A stretch of DNA of 64,000 nt from Schizochytrium sp. TIO01 (taxonomy: Eukaryota > Protista > Bigyra: Labyrinthulomycetes): the NCBI GenBank assembly GCA_004764695.1, contig SMSO01000036.1, positions 2,108,001 to 2,172,000 on the forward strand, given 5' to 3'. Of this stretch, positions 35,392 to 45,804 are shown piece by piece (the stretch's first letter is position 1; every line of letters begins with the position of its first letter). The translations under genes were made by a program, and so were the position numbers. Under the pieces are notes generated by a model. It was not told the origin of the DNA and made no database searches. It saw nothing but the letters and a program-made list of their open reading frames with translations.

Positions 35392-36488
35392 GGTTGCTAC
35401 GATCTTAATCCAAGTGAATAAAAGCTAATCTGAACACAATAAACCTCGAAATCGCTAGTCCAAGAAACTGACTAGATCTCAGAATCCGATGAAGGAGATG
35501 TTGATGGACCTTCAAGGATTGAGCTTTCGTCTACTATTGTTCTCTGCTCTGTTCTATGGAAAGAGATGTAAACAACTCCTTCGCGATCTTAGGAGGCCTT
35601 CTCCTACAGTGTACTGGGCAACAAAAAGGCTTGAACAAACGCAACGACACTGCTGTGGTCACGAGGATCCGCAACCCAGATCCAAACGAGGGTTATGCGC
35701 CCTGGCGAGGGATAAGTGAATGAGGACGTTTGAACAATCCCGAGGCAGCAGCAACTCGGAAAAAAGTCGATGTCTAGAAAGCGATCCGCGCAAAAACGAA
35801 GAGGCAAAGCGAAAGCACGGAGCGAGCACTGTAGTCCCTACGGAGTTCAGCTGGGAGGAGAACGGCGCGAAGAGCCTCAAAGCGGTCTGAAGCGGCGGCG
35901 GCTCTTCTGCTTTCTCGAGAAGAACAGCGAAGAAAATGGAGAAGAATGAAAAGGATTAAACTGATCCTCTCTGTAAAAGAAAGGCACTATACTATCTATA
36001 AAATAAATCTATACTATAGAGAATAGCAAACTTAACTGAGTTAATAAAATTATGAGTAATTATTATGAAGCAAATCTGAAAATAGAGACGTATCTAATAC
36101 ATCTACTAGCTATAGCATTTTATACTATTTTTAATTAAAAAGGGTCTATTTTACAAATAGGCCGCCTCTAAATTCTTTCTCTCACCTTCTTCTTTTGTTG
36201 CAGAAGCAGTCGAAGAGCTTTCACAGGCAGCAGTGGGTCGGTACCTGGCAACAAATCAAACCTTTGAAGATCTCGCTAACGATATATCAGTGGAGACCTT
36301 GAGGTAATAGAGACTGCGTTAGCTGAATTAATTGTTGATTTTGCAGCTGGAGTTGGAGCTGCTCTGGTTTTGCCACACAAAAGGATATTCAGGTTCGCCC
36401 ATCGGTAATCAACTTGCCGAGACGAGAACTGCAACTAGAACTAGCGGGTTGCCTTTTGAAAGATACTGCACGTGAATTTGCAAAGAAA

Positions 36489-37472
36489 ATGTTGAAAGAG
36501 GAACAACGGAATGCTCTTGAGGAAGTGGCGGGAAATGTCGAAGCATGGCTTGAAGAAAAGGGTGTAAAGCTTGATGTGAGCTGGCCTGCGGACGCGACCG
36601 TCCACGATGTTTTGGAGCAGACGCTGCAAGAAGTCACCAAGCTGCGTCAAGAGAATTTCTCAGCATGGACAAAGAAATGGTCAAACAAAGACGGACAAAC
36701 TGTATCGATGCGCCAATTTGGTCACAATGGTTGCAAAACTATTATGTCAACCACGTCTCTTAATACAACCCAGGAAGAGTTTGGCGTTTTTGCGAATGAT
36801 AAGCGTATGTTTGATGTGGCAAAAATCTGGGATGCTACTTTCAAGACAGCGGAAACAATTGCAGAGCTTCCGCTTGGATCAAAGGAGAGTCCTCCCCACG
36901 CTTCGACAGCACGGATTGTGCGCTGGCAGCTCAATGCCTCCCCTCTCTGGCCTCGCGAAATTTTGTACGTTATCATCCCAATTAACAATGGCTTTGGAGG
37001 GACTTGTTACGCCTATGCTGGCCTGCAAGGCCTTCCGACATCGCCGGGGTTCGTGAAAGCTCGCCTTCAAGCGCCATCTTTTGATGATGTAGCGCCCGAA
37101 AACAAAGAGGACTCATCAAAGCTTTCGCTTTTACATGCGTTTACTTGCGAGCTTGGTTTACCAGGGTTTGTCCAAAGATGGGTTATTGACCCTGCGGCTG
37201 CAAAACATGCCCGGGAGGAGGCAGTGGAGATTGTAGGGACTCTTTACTTCGGAGGCGTTCAGGTCCATTTCTGGATCACCAACATCCACAAAATAAGCCT
37301 CTTCATGAACAAAATAATCACAAAAGCATTTTACGTTGTTTTATCTGTTGCCATAAACGCGATTAACTTCATAGCTCGTTTCGCGGCACTACAATACTTT
37401 TTTGCTTTTTCTATCAATCCGCTTCCTCCTGGCTATAAAGCCTACAGCTCCGCTAACTTTCTGGTTCTATAA
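36489..37472 (+). CDS. START/SRPBCC-fold lipid-binding protein with hydrophobic C-terminus
   Basis: W near domain start, KIWD..F, SPLWPREILY, PGFVKA, ELGLPGFV resemble START-domain motifs. First ATG at 36489; the 5' structure is uncertain. Confidence 0.6.
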   Translation: MLKEEQRNALEEVAGNVEAWLEEKGVKLDVSWPADATVHDVLEQTLQEVTKLRQENFSAWTKKWSNKDGQTVSMRQFGHNGCKTIMSTTSLNTTQEEFGVFANDKRMFDVAKIWDATFKTAETIAELPLGSKESPPHASTARIVRWQLNASPLWPREILYVIIPINNGFGGTCYAYAGLQGLPTSPGFVKARLQAPSFDDVAPENKEDSSKLSLLHAFTCELGLPGFVQRWVIDPAAAKHAREEAVEIVGTLYFGGVQVHFWITNIHKISLFMNKIITKAFYVVLSVAINAINFIARFAALQYFFAFSINPLPPGYKAYSSANFLVL

Positions 37473-39791
37473 ATAGCAAGATATAGGCTCCACCCACGAA
37501 CGAATTCGCTGATTTTACAATACCTACTATATAGCAAAACGAACATTTCAGTGATACTTTCTGGCTAACTCTTCGGTTTAAGCGGCAACAACCTTCCAGG
37601 TGAGTACCAAAAGCAACACCATACTACCCTTTTGCAGGAAATGGCCCGGGCATACCTTTGAATTTCCCCATGATTTCATAAATGATTTATGGCAGTAGAC
37701 GTGGCTATGGTTTTCGTGACATCTAAGCTACAGTCGCGCCAGGAGTGTGCTCGTACGAGTTACGCCAACATCGATATCTTCCAGTTTGCTGTTGTCGCGA
37801 ATATAAGTTGCATACCAAGTACGGTTATTGCCAGAATGTTTGCGTCGTAAAGCAGGTTTTCAAGTACGTTTGGGAACAATTGGGAAGCTTGAACAACAGC
37901 CAGCTCTATGAACAAGCGATCGAGGTTGTTGCTTGCAATATTGCGTCTCCGACTAAACTTGTTACCTTGCTCTTTAGGAAAATGAGGTTGCTTAGCCCTT
38001 CGTCCCATTCGTTCTAGTTCTTCTTGCTGGGAAGTTCTAAGAAGCTAATTAAATTCAGCTTGAGGTGGTGTTCTGGATGGCGTGACTTCATGTGTGTCTC
38101 TATTTTGTGCTATGCAAGAACCAAGATTACAAAGTAAGCCATTTTATTTTGTAGTGAAAGAGACGTACTCCCAAAGCAAAAAATGTAACTTTTTTCTAAA
38201 ACTTTTTTTTTCAGAGTCTTCGTCACAAGATCATAAGAGTTGCCAGGTTACACAATTAGCTAATACGCGATGATAAACGACCATATTATATTGATGTTGG
38301 CTTTGCCTCCGACCTATATGGATTTACTTTGAGTTTGGTTTTGTGAAAAGAGAAGCTTTCTCTGTGCTCAGGATCTGGTTGAGAAAGTTACGCGAACGAT
38401 CCGCATATGTTCTTATTTCGTGACTAGCCCCGCAAGCACCTTTAAATTCAATCAGTTAGCCTGACAAATCCATGACCATGATAACACTCTTGAATCTGCT
38501 GAAGCTTCCAGGTGCAAAGACCGCTGATATATGCTGAAGAGATCAACTCAGAGAATTTGGGCTAGAATTGGTTCCTATTCAAGTTGGTTTCAAGATATTA
38601 CAAAAAGAAGCTCTAAAAAAATAAAAATATCTATTTTTCTTTCTTTCTACTACCATGATCCAAGTAAGAAGTAAACTAAAATTCAAAATGACGGAAACGA
38701 GTGCAGATGTGGAAAAGGACACCCCAACGAAACCTAACCTACAACAATATTGGACTCTATTGGCTTGGACCCTAAATGGTTATCCTCCTGGCGCGAGAAG
38801 TCAATGATTCACCCGACAATAAGGAGTCAGATGATCTTTAGGCGTGTGTGCATTTCTGGATAGATAAGCTGTAGCTTCACAGGGCTGCGAAACCTGGCAA
38901 GATCTTCGGATTCGGCTCTGCTGTCATTCTGCCGATTCTACCGGCCGTCAGGATATTCTCAGCATCGAACAGAGAAACACAAATCGAACAGGGAACCAAG
39001 ACCCGGAGATGTCGTTCTCATCGCCGCATGCCACCGATATTACAATTTCGTTCGTGTTCATGATCTCGATCAACTTGAACCTTGTCAAGAACATAGAACA
39101 TTGCCAGACCCTCCACAAGCGACACTGCGTGCGTCTGTTAAGCCACCGTGACTTCCATCCATTTGCAGTCGCTCTTCAAACCCCGCGAACCTCGTGCCTC
39201 AAACAGCCTCGAACGAGCTCATGAATAGAGAATCTGGGAAAACCTTCGTCCTCCAAGTTCCACGCAAGCAACCCAGCTCCCGCCTGCACGCATCCACACG
39301 CACACATCCACTGCTCGCACGCAGTTCCTTGTTCTCGCCCGAGCCCGCCCTCGAGGCTTGAGTTTTTCCCGAGGAACTAACCTCTCTTCAAGGTTTGCTT
39401 CTGCTCAAGATGTCCTCCATCTGGAACTCGTCGCTATTGGCTTTGTCCAACGAAGCGAAGTGAGAGCACTTTGGTCCATGTTGGCGGCTAAGAGGTGCTA
39501 TAGTTTCGGCTAAGAGGTGCATTTCCAACTGCCGCAATTTGAATTCGAGATTTGAATTAATAGGGATTAATAGGGGCGGTTCCGCGGGCAAAGCGACGAG
39601 GAGAAAGTCCAAAAACGAAGAGACCCAAAGCAAATCCAGAACTCGAAGAACTGCGAGAAGAACAAGGACGACGAGGAGGAGGACAGCAACAGCAAGAACA
39701 ATAACAACCGCAGGAGAAGCAGCAGAAATAGGTTGGAGTGCTTGCGGGTTGAGGCAGAGGATCAGGAACTCGGGGGGGGACTCGGGGGAGG

Positions 39792-40658
39792 ATGGCGGAA
39801 ATGCTCTCTAAGTTGGACCTTTCGGATACGAGCGTGCTTGCGACGCTTGCAGTAGGGGCGATTGGACTTGTAGGCGCGTTGGTGTTCTTGAGCTCGCGTG
39901 GAAGCAAAACTCCACGACCCGGTGAACTCCTGCCTGGAGAGAAGAGAGACACGGTCTACTTTTATGCGTTTGCGCCGTGGAAACATGGACCCAGCGCGTC
40001 AGCACCGTGCCTCAAGCTTGAAGCTTACCTCCGCCTTGCAAAGATTGAATACGTGCACAAGAAAACTCTGAAGGGTCACCCGCGCACCAAAAAACTCCCG
40101 TACATTCGCTACAACGGCGAGTGTATCTATGACTCGAATTTTATCATTTCTTATCTGGTGAAGAAAGCTGGAACTCTCGACATGGACGCACATGTCTCGG
40201 CGGAGCAACTTGCGATCAACCGCGCTGCTGCATCTATGGCTGAAGATTCTCTCTACTTTTGCGTTGTTGTTGAGCGCTGGGTCAACAATATTGACAACTT
40301 CTCCGCAAGTCTGCACGATGCGAAGTCTCCCCCTTACTGGCTCTTCCGTCTTATCTTCCGCTATCTTGTACGTCCAGGTGTTCAGAAGCAAGTATATTTC
40401 CAAGGTACTGCTCGGCTCACCAATGACCAGATTGAAGAACGAGTAGATGGCCAGTTGAAAGCATTTTCTGGAATTTTGGGTACCAAGGACTTTTTTGGAG
40501 GAGACAAGCCTTGCACTGCAGACCTGACCATTTTCGCAAACCTGAGTACTATGTATTATGTGCCTTGGTCCAAGCTGGGTCTTTTGCTCAAGAAATACAA
40601 CAACCTCGCAGCATATGTCGAGCGAATGCAATCCCTTGCTTTTCCTGAGCTGAAGTAA
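39792..40658 (+). CDS. FAX/metaxin-like glutathione S-transferase-fold protein
   Basis: N-terminal TM, PSASAPCLKLEAYLRLAKIEY, KLPYIRYNG..IYDSNFII.YL, and C-terminal LKAFSGILGTKDFFGGDKPCTAD. Confidence 0.88.
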   Translation: MAEMLSKLDLSDTSVLATLAVGAIGLVGALVFLSSRGSKTPRPGELLPGEKRDTVYFYAFAPWKHGPSASAPCLKLEAYLRLAKIEYVHKKTLKGHPRTKKLPYIRYNGECIYDSNFIISYLVKKAGTLDMDAHVSAEQLAINRAAASMAEDSLYFCVVVERWVNNIDNFSASLHDAKSPPYWLFRLIFRYLVRPGVQKQVYFQGTARLTNDQIEERVDGQLKAFSGILGTKDFFGGDKPCTADLTIFANLSTMYYVPWSKLGLLLKKYNNLAAYVERMQSLAFPELK

Positions 40659-41385
40659 AACCTCTTTTCCTTTGCAAAAGCTTTAAAATTTAAACATTAA
40701 AAAATCAGATTTTCGTCAAATATTTTTGGGTATGGTTATGTGTATGTTTCGTTTCTGATGGATCGCTATGAGATGGACGCACTCAAAAATGGTCTTACCT
40801 TTCTCGTTAGTGATTCTCCTGGATTTTTACTGTTTCCTCGTGCGTTTAGACTGCGCTTATTGTGAGTGACAACCTTAATCCTGACACGAGTTTGTTGAAG
40901 CTAGACATTCGTTGACTCAGTAAAGTCTAGCGCCGAGAAGAGGCAATGCTCAACATATGGGTCACCATGTTTCTCATTAAGAACCACTAAACAATCACTT
41001 CTCGTTTTCACTGCAAACTGAAGCGACGAATGGAAAGAGAGTACTTTAGGTGTGTTCCACAGAAGATTTTTTTCCCTTCCCACCACAAACCTATGCTGTT
41101 TTTGTTTTTTCTTTTGAATGAAAGAGCACAGAACTCGCTTTGCTTCAAGTGTCTTTCATCTCCTGCCGCCATGTAATGTCCACATCGCTTCTGACCTCGC
41201 CAGAGTCTAAAGGTCGTGCTTACGTACTTTCTTTTCCACTGGTTTCTTGAAAGGCCAATTCTTCGAAATAATTGAAGATAGAACATGACATGACACAGAT
41301 TGAGAAATAATTGAAACGAATGGAATGTATCACCCAAATCTACTAAATCCAAATTGGAGGCACAAGAGCCTGTCGCGAAGACGAC

Positions 41386-44300
41386 ATGGAGAACGTGGAG
41401 GTCCTTCGCGGACTAGAGGCGGTTCTGGCAGAGGATTTCTGGGACGAGGTGGTCGCTGGAGGCGATGATCCCTTCGCGCCGCTTGCCCAACTCCCAGGTG
41501 CTGTGCCCCTCGTCTCAGATGGTAGCCTCGCTGCCTTGAGCGCCACCCTCGCTGCAGCCAAGACCGAAGGCATTCCCGGTCAGCGTGACGCAGCCGCACA
41601 GCCTAGTGTTTGGAGTGAGACAGCTGTAGACCTTCCTGCCATGGATCCGCCAGAAGCTGGCTGCATCCACATCGGCGAAGAAGACGTTGTCGAGAGCGCC
41701 GTGAAAACAGAGCTTCAAGACGTCTCACGAAACATTCGCCACCAATTCCAGATTAGAGGAAACGCAACCAATGAACATAACTTTGGAGATCATCTCGCGC
41801 TTTGGCTTGTGGAAACTGGTGTGCTCGAGCAGGTCCACGATAAGCTCCGCGAAAGCCTTCCGGAACATCGCGCTATGCCAATCGATGTCACCGTGTACTT
41901 CGTGTACTTGCTCCTTAAAAGAGAGGCCCAAGATCTTCCCGAAAGTGCCTTTTTCGGCAGGCAAGCGAGACACTATGAACCTGAAAGGATTGGAGAATGG
42001 AAATTTGATGCGGCACAGTTCAGGAGACTCTTTGATGTCGTGGCTTCGACTACATTGGCACCAGCGGATGTATATTTGGGCGCGGGAGAAACAAATTCGG
42101 CAGAAACGGGGCGATTTCCAGTCATGCTAGAGGATTCAAGCTCGGAAGTGCAGACATGCGCAGAAAAGTTTGCAAAATTTGCGTGTGAGATGTGCTTCTC
42201 GAGAACCGCTATCGTGGCACTGGACAGGGAAAAATTGCTACCCAATGGGACCCAACCGTTTGATAGCTGCCTCTCGGCGCGGTCAACGACTACCGGTATT
42301 ATTTTATCGCAAGAGTATTTTGAATCGTCTGCAGTCAATGCTAATTATCTTTTGCAAGTCCTTGGACCTCTCTCCCTGCATCAAAACGTCCCACTCGATA
42401 GCTTTTCCACTGGGCCGCATATTTTGCTAGACTCGTCGATGAACCCGTTGCAAGTTGCCCAAGATCCTGCCATGAGAAATTTAAATATTGTTACGACCTC
42501 TGTTAAGCCAGTAGATGTAGCCAAAGGCCGGCGATGGAATGCAAATTGGTCCCGGCTTTCCTCAAGCGACCAGGAACTCTTTCAACTTGATTATGCCAAC
42601 GGGACTGGCAGAGTCTTAACTTTCCGATTCTCTGATACGCGTTTTGCTCCTGACCAGTGGTCGGCGTTAGCATATCCACGATACCCTAATCGTCATGTAC
42701 ATGAATTGCAATTGTCATACTCATCGTCCTCCTTATCTAAGGGTAACGTGGCGTTAGATTCTCTTAATAATATGCATGCTTCGCATAATACTGGATCTGG
42801 CATGACTAGTTCTGGAGATAATATGATGGATTCAGGAGGTCACACTCTTCACTCAAGCTCGCCAATGCCTTATGCATGGCCTGCACTCGCTAATAAACTC
42901 TTTGTTGAGCTTACTTCTGGGCAACGAGATGTCTGGGGAAATTTCTTCCACTCGATCGGAAGAATTAACAATGCAACGCTTGCTCCACTATTAGCAACCT
43001 TTGCCTTCCATACTGCTTGCCTTGACGCTGAAGAAGACACCAGCACAGATAAACCTGGTAACAATGCTTTGGAGCGCGAGCGATTACCCGATGCCGTCCG
43101 CACTGCAAGCTTAAACGTTCTCTCCCTCACTGGCAATATGGCTACTTTAACTGAGACCATGCACAACACAAGCTCACTCGAGGAGTGGCCTCTTGAGCAA
43201 CTTCAACAACTTGCCAAAACCCTTGGTGTACCTATCAGTTTGAACATGTCCAGTGAGGAACTCATTTCAGTGTGTCAGACAATTATGTCCGGAAATCTCA
43301 TGCAAGCATCTCTCATGTCCTCAATACTGCGACCTATCAGTAGACAACCAACGAGGACCAAATTGACGATCGACAAGGCTCTTGACTCTCTGCGTGGTGA
43401 GCTCGTTCGCTGCAAGGTAGCGAGCGAAGTTTTTGGGCAGAAACGTTTTGGGCTTGTGCGCACCGCAGAATTCTCGGCCCATTGCACCATGCTCGAAAGT
43501 GTACTTGCCTTCCGTCCCATAAATCGTGACGATCCCCTGGCACCCCCCGTTGCCGTTGATTCGCCAGAGCAAAATGGACAAGGTCAACTTGTGCAAAAGG
43601 TATCTGACTGTGCTTTACGTCACGCATCGCGTTCAATGGAATGGATTCAAGACCAACAGGTCCAAGATCCTTCCAATTCTGTATGTTTTGCTGCTGTTGA
43701 TATAGTCCTACGGCAATCACAAGCATCTTTGATTGATGAGCCATATCAGCACGACGATACACAATCTGTCCCGGCCATCCACAAGGTTGTGCTTGACTCT
43801 ACATCACTTTCTTATGCTCAAGAGTTGGCAACCTTTTACGAATTAATTCCCCGCCGATCCGAGCGCTGTAGCTTATTTCAACATACAGCAAGTGGCCTCC
43901 ACGACGTCTTGCATGTTGTTGTGGCCAGTGCTGCCGCTAATGGGCTGCAAAGCCATGCTGGGCGAATTCTGAAAATTGTGCATGTACGCTTCGCTCCAAG
44001 GCTCGTGCAAGACCTTGCTTTAGTAGTTGGATATGTAGGTGATCGATATTTGGAGTGGGTACTGAATCCCGCTCAACCAGCTCCACCAAGTGAGCAATTA
44101 GATTTCCTTCGTTCAAGTTGGGGACTTTCACCAAGTGACATTCAGACTCGGCGCTGGCAATGTACACAGGTACAGGAGCATCCTAGTTTACATCTTGACC
44201 ATCACTCCCCAGAATCTCCTTTGCGTATAGTACACAATATTGTTCCTCGGATTGTTGATTGGTGCGCTTTAGCATGCTGGTACCAATCTCATGTGTTTTC

Positions 44301-45399
44301 AGATTCTGTACGCTCTGGTATTCACAAGCATGCAGGCTCCAAAAGTTGGCTATTGCATCTGCTTTTCTCAAGCAGTAATAATGCTGCAAACACATATCTT
44401 GTTATGAGTGCTGCAGCTTCGCAGCATGATTGGCATACTGCTGAAGCTTGGCTCATGCATCGAAGGGAGCGAGGCTCTCTCGCACATCTCGTGGACTCAA
44501 AATTGGAGTGGTCGTCATTTCGAGAGGCTGTTCGAAGATTGTTGCCGCGCGAACTAACAGATTATACCCCCGATATAAGCATCCCTGCATCAACAACCTC
44601 ATCTCAGCAAATACTTCATCATGTGCAACATCAGCAGCACATTCATCAGCAACAGCAACAGCACCAACAATCCCAGCAACAGCAAGGAATGCTATCAAAT
44701 CATGGTGCAGCTTCCATAGATTCAGAGCGAGGCTTGCATTCCGTTCTGCGGTTTCAAGGTGAGGTCTGGGATCCGGAGCATAACTCAGCTCAAGCTGAAA
44801 TGTTGCGGGCTTCGACTGAAGCACTGATTGGAAAATCACATTCCGTGCGAATGCGTCTTTTAGCAGAAGATGAACTTCTTATCTTTCTTCGTAGATCGCA
44901 CAACATGGGCGTACGCCATACAGCATCGAACATTGAAATGGACATTTATGGTCAGGATTTGGAGAAGAGCGTTCGCCGAGATGGTATTCCTTGTTATTTG
45001 TGCTGTTCTGAGTGTGAGAAGAAGTCGAAACCTGGCCATACGTCACGTCGTGCTTATCATACAAAGACGTGGTGCGTGGACTGTGGTTTGATCCCTTTAT
45101 GTACAACAGGGCGTGCTATGTGGAATAATCGCACATGTTTTGAAATCTGGCATGATATCAACGTAGATGAGAGACGAAATGGAAACCTTGACCTTTGCCC
45201 CTGCCAGAATCAGGCCAATAAACATGGTGACCCTTTTGATGACCAAGGAGAAACCACAGAGTCTTCCACAGCACGTCTTTTCCCTCGCCATCTTATCACT
45301 GACACCACAACATTCTTGCAAAGAAGCTCTCGGAAGCGTCGGCGTACAACAGGTGTAGTACCTCTTCCTACAACCACCGAATCATCTATGGCCCCTTAA
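41386..45399 (+). CDS. Large uncharacterised protein with poly-Q/H tract and C-terminal piggyBac-type cysteine-rich zinc-binding domain
   Basis: 1337-aa uninterrupted ORF. C-terminus CYLC...T..WCVDCGLIPLC...TCFEIWH, then a basic RSSRKRRR putative NLS. Confidence 0.75.
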   Translation: MENVEVLRGLEAVLAEDFWDEVVAGGDDPFAPLAQLPGAVPLVSDGSLAALSATLAAAKTEGIPGQRDAAAQPSVWSETAVDLPAMDPPEAGCIHIGEEDVVESAVKTELQDVSRNIRHQFQIRGNATNEHNFGDHLALWLVETGVLEQVHDKLRESLPEHRAMPIDVTVYFVYLLLKREAQDLPESAFFGRQARHYEPERIGEWKFDAAQFRRLFDVVASTTLAPADVYLGAGETNSAETGRFPVMLEDSSSEVQTCAEKFAKFACEMCFSRTAIVALDREKLLPNGTQPFDSCLSARSTTTGIILSQEYFESSAVNANYLLQVLGPLSLHQNVPLDSFSTGPHILLDSSMNPLQVAQDPAMRNLNIVTTSVKPVDVAKGRRWNANWSRLSSSDQELFQLDYANGTGRVLTFRFSDTRFAPDQWSALAYPRYPNRHVHELQLSYSSSSLSKGNVALDSLNNMHASHNTGSGMTSSGDNMMDSGGHTLHSSSPMPYAWPALANKLFVELTSGQRDVWGNFFHSIGRINNATLAPLLATFAFHTACLDAEEDTSTDKPGNNALERERLPDAVRTASLNVLSLTGNMATLTETMHNTSSLEEWPLEQLQQLAKTLGVPISLNMSSEELISVCQTIMSGNLMQASLMSSILRPISRQPTRTKLTIDKALDSLRGELVRCKVASEVFGQKRFGLVRTAEFSAHCTMLESVLAFRPINRDDPLAPPVAVDSPEQNGQGQLVQKVSDCALRHASRSMEWIQDQQVQDPSNSVCFAAVDIVLRQSQASLIDEPYQHDDTQSVPAIHKVVLDSTSLSYAQELATFYELIPRRSERCSLFQHTASGLHDVLHVVVASAAANGLQSHAGRILKIVHVRFAPRLVQDLALVVGYVGDRYLEWVLNPAQPAPPSEQLDFLRSSWGLSPSDIQTRRWQCTQVQEHPSLHLDHHSPESPLRIVHNIVPRIVDWCALACWYQSHVFSDSVRSGIHKHAGSKSWLLHLLFSSSNNAANTYLVMSAAASQHDWHTAEAWLMHRRERGSLAHLVDSKLEWSSFREAVRRLLPRELTDYTPDISIPASTTSSQQILHHVQHQQHIHQQQQQHQQSQQQQGMLSNHGAASIDSERGLHSVLRFQGEVWDPEHNSAQAEMLRASTEALIGKSHSVRMRLLAEDELLIFLRRSHNMGVRHTASNIEMDIYGQDLEKSVRRDGIPCYLCCSECEKKSKPGHTSRRAYHTKTWCVDCGLIPLCTTGRAMWNNRTCFEIWHDINVDERRNGNLDLCPCQNQANKHGDPFDDQGETTESSTARLFPRHLITDTTTFLQRSSRKRRRTTGVVPLPTTTESSMAP

Positions 45400-45804
45400 T
45401 TAGCATCCTCTTGATTAATTGAAGTTTTCATTCTTACTCTTTCGACACTTCTCCTTGTATAATTTTTCTTAGGTGAGGTATTTTCGGGTTGTCAACCAGC
45501 TGGCGTAGCTTGATGTGGTGTATCTACGTAAAGTTTTTAAGCGAATCTGTGTTCCTCAGCTTGCAGCTGAGGATATTCGAAGTTCTTCGAGAACTGGTGC
45601 ATTTGCATCTTCTTCGAATAAGTGCAGGGAATTTTTATTAGGACCAAATGATTGGCGAAGAACTTTAGAGTCACATGAATTAAAAGTCAAGTCTCTTAAG
45701 AATAGGTCATGAATTTCCAAAATAACGTGAGTTAACGAAAAAGAAAAAACGGGTTGAAACTAGTAATTTAATCAAACTGTTAATCAGCTATTAGTATAAA
45801 GATT

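Noticed and set aside
38690-39400. Coding-like island upstream of the FAX-like gene
   Set aside because: Stops in all frames and no identifiable motif.
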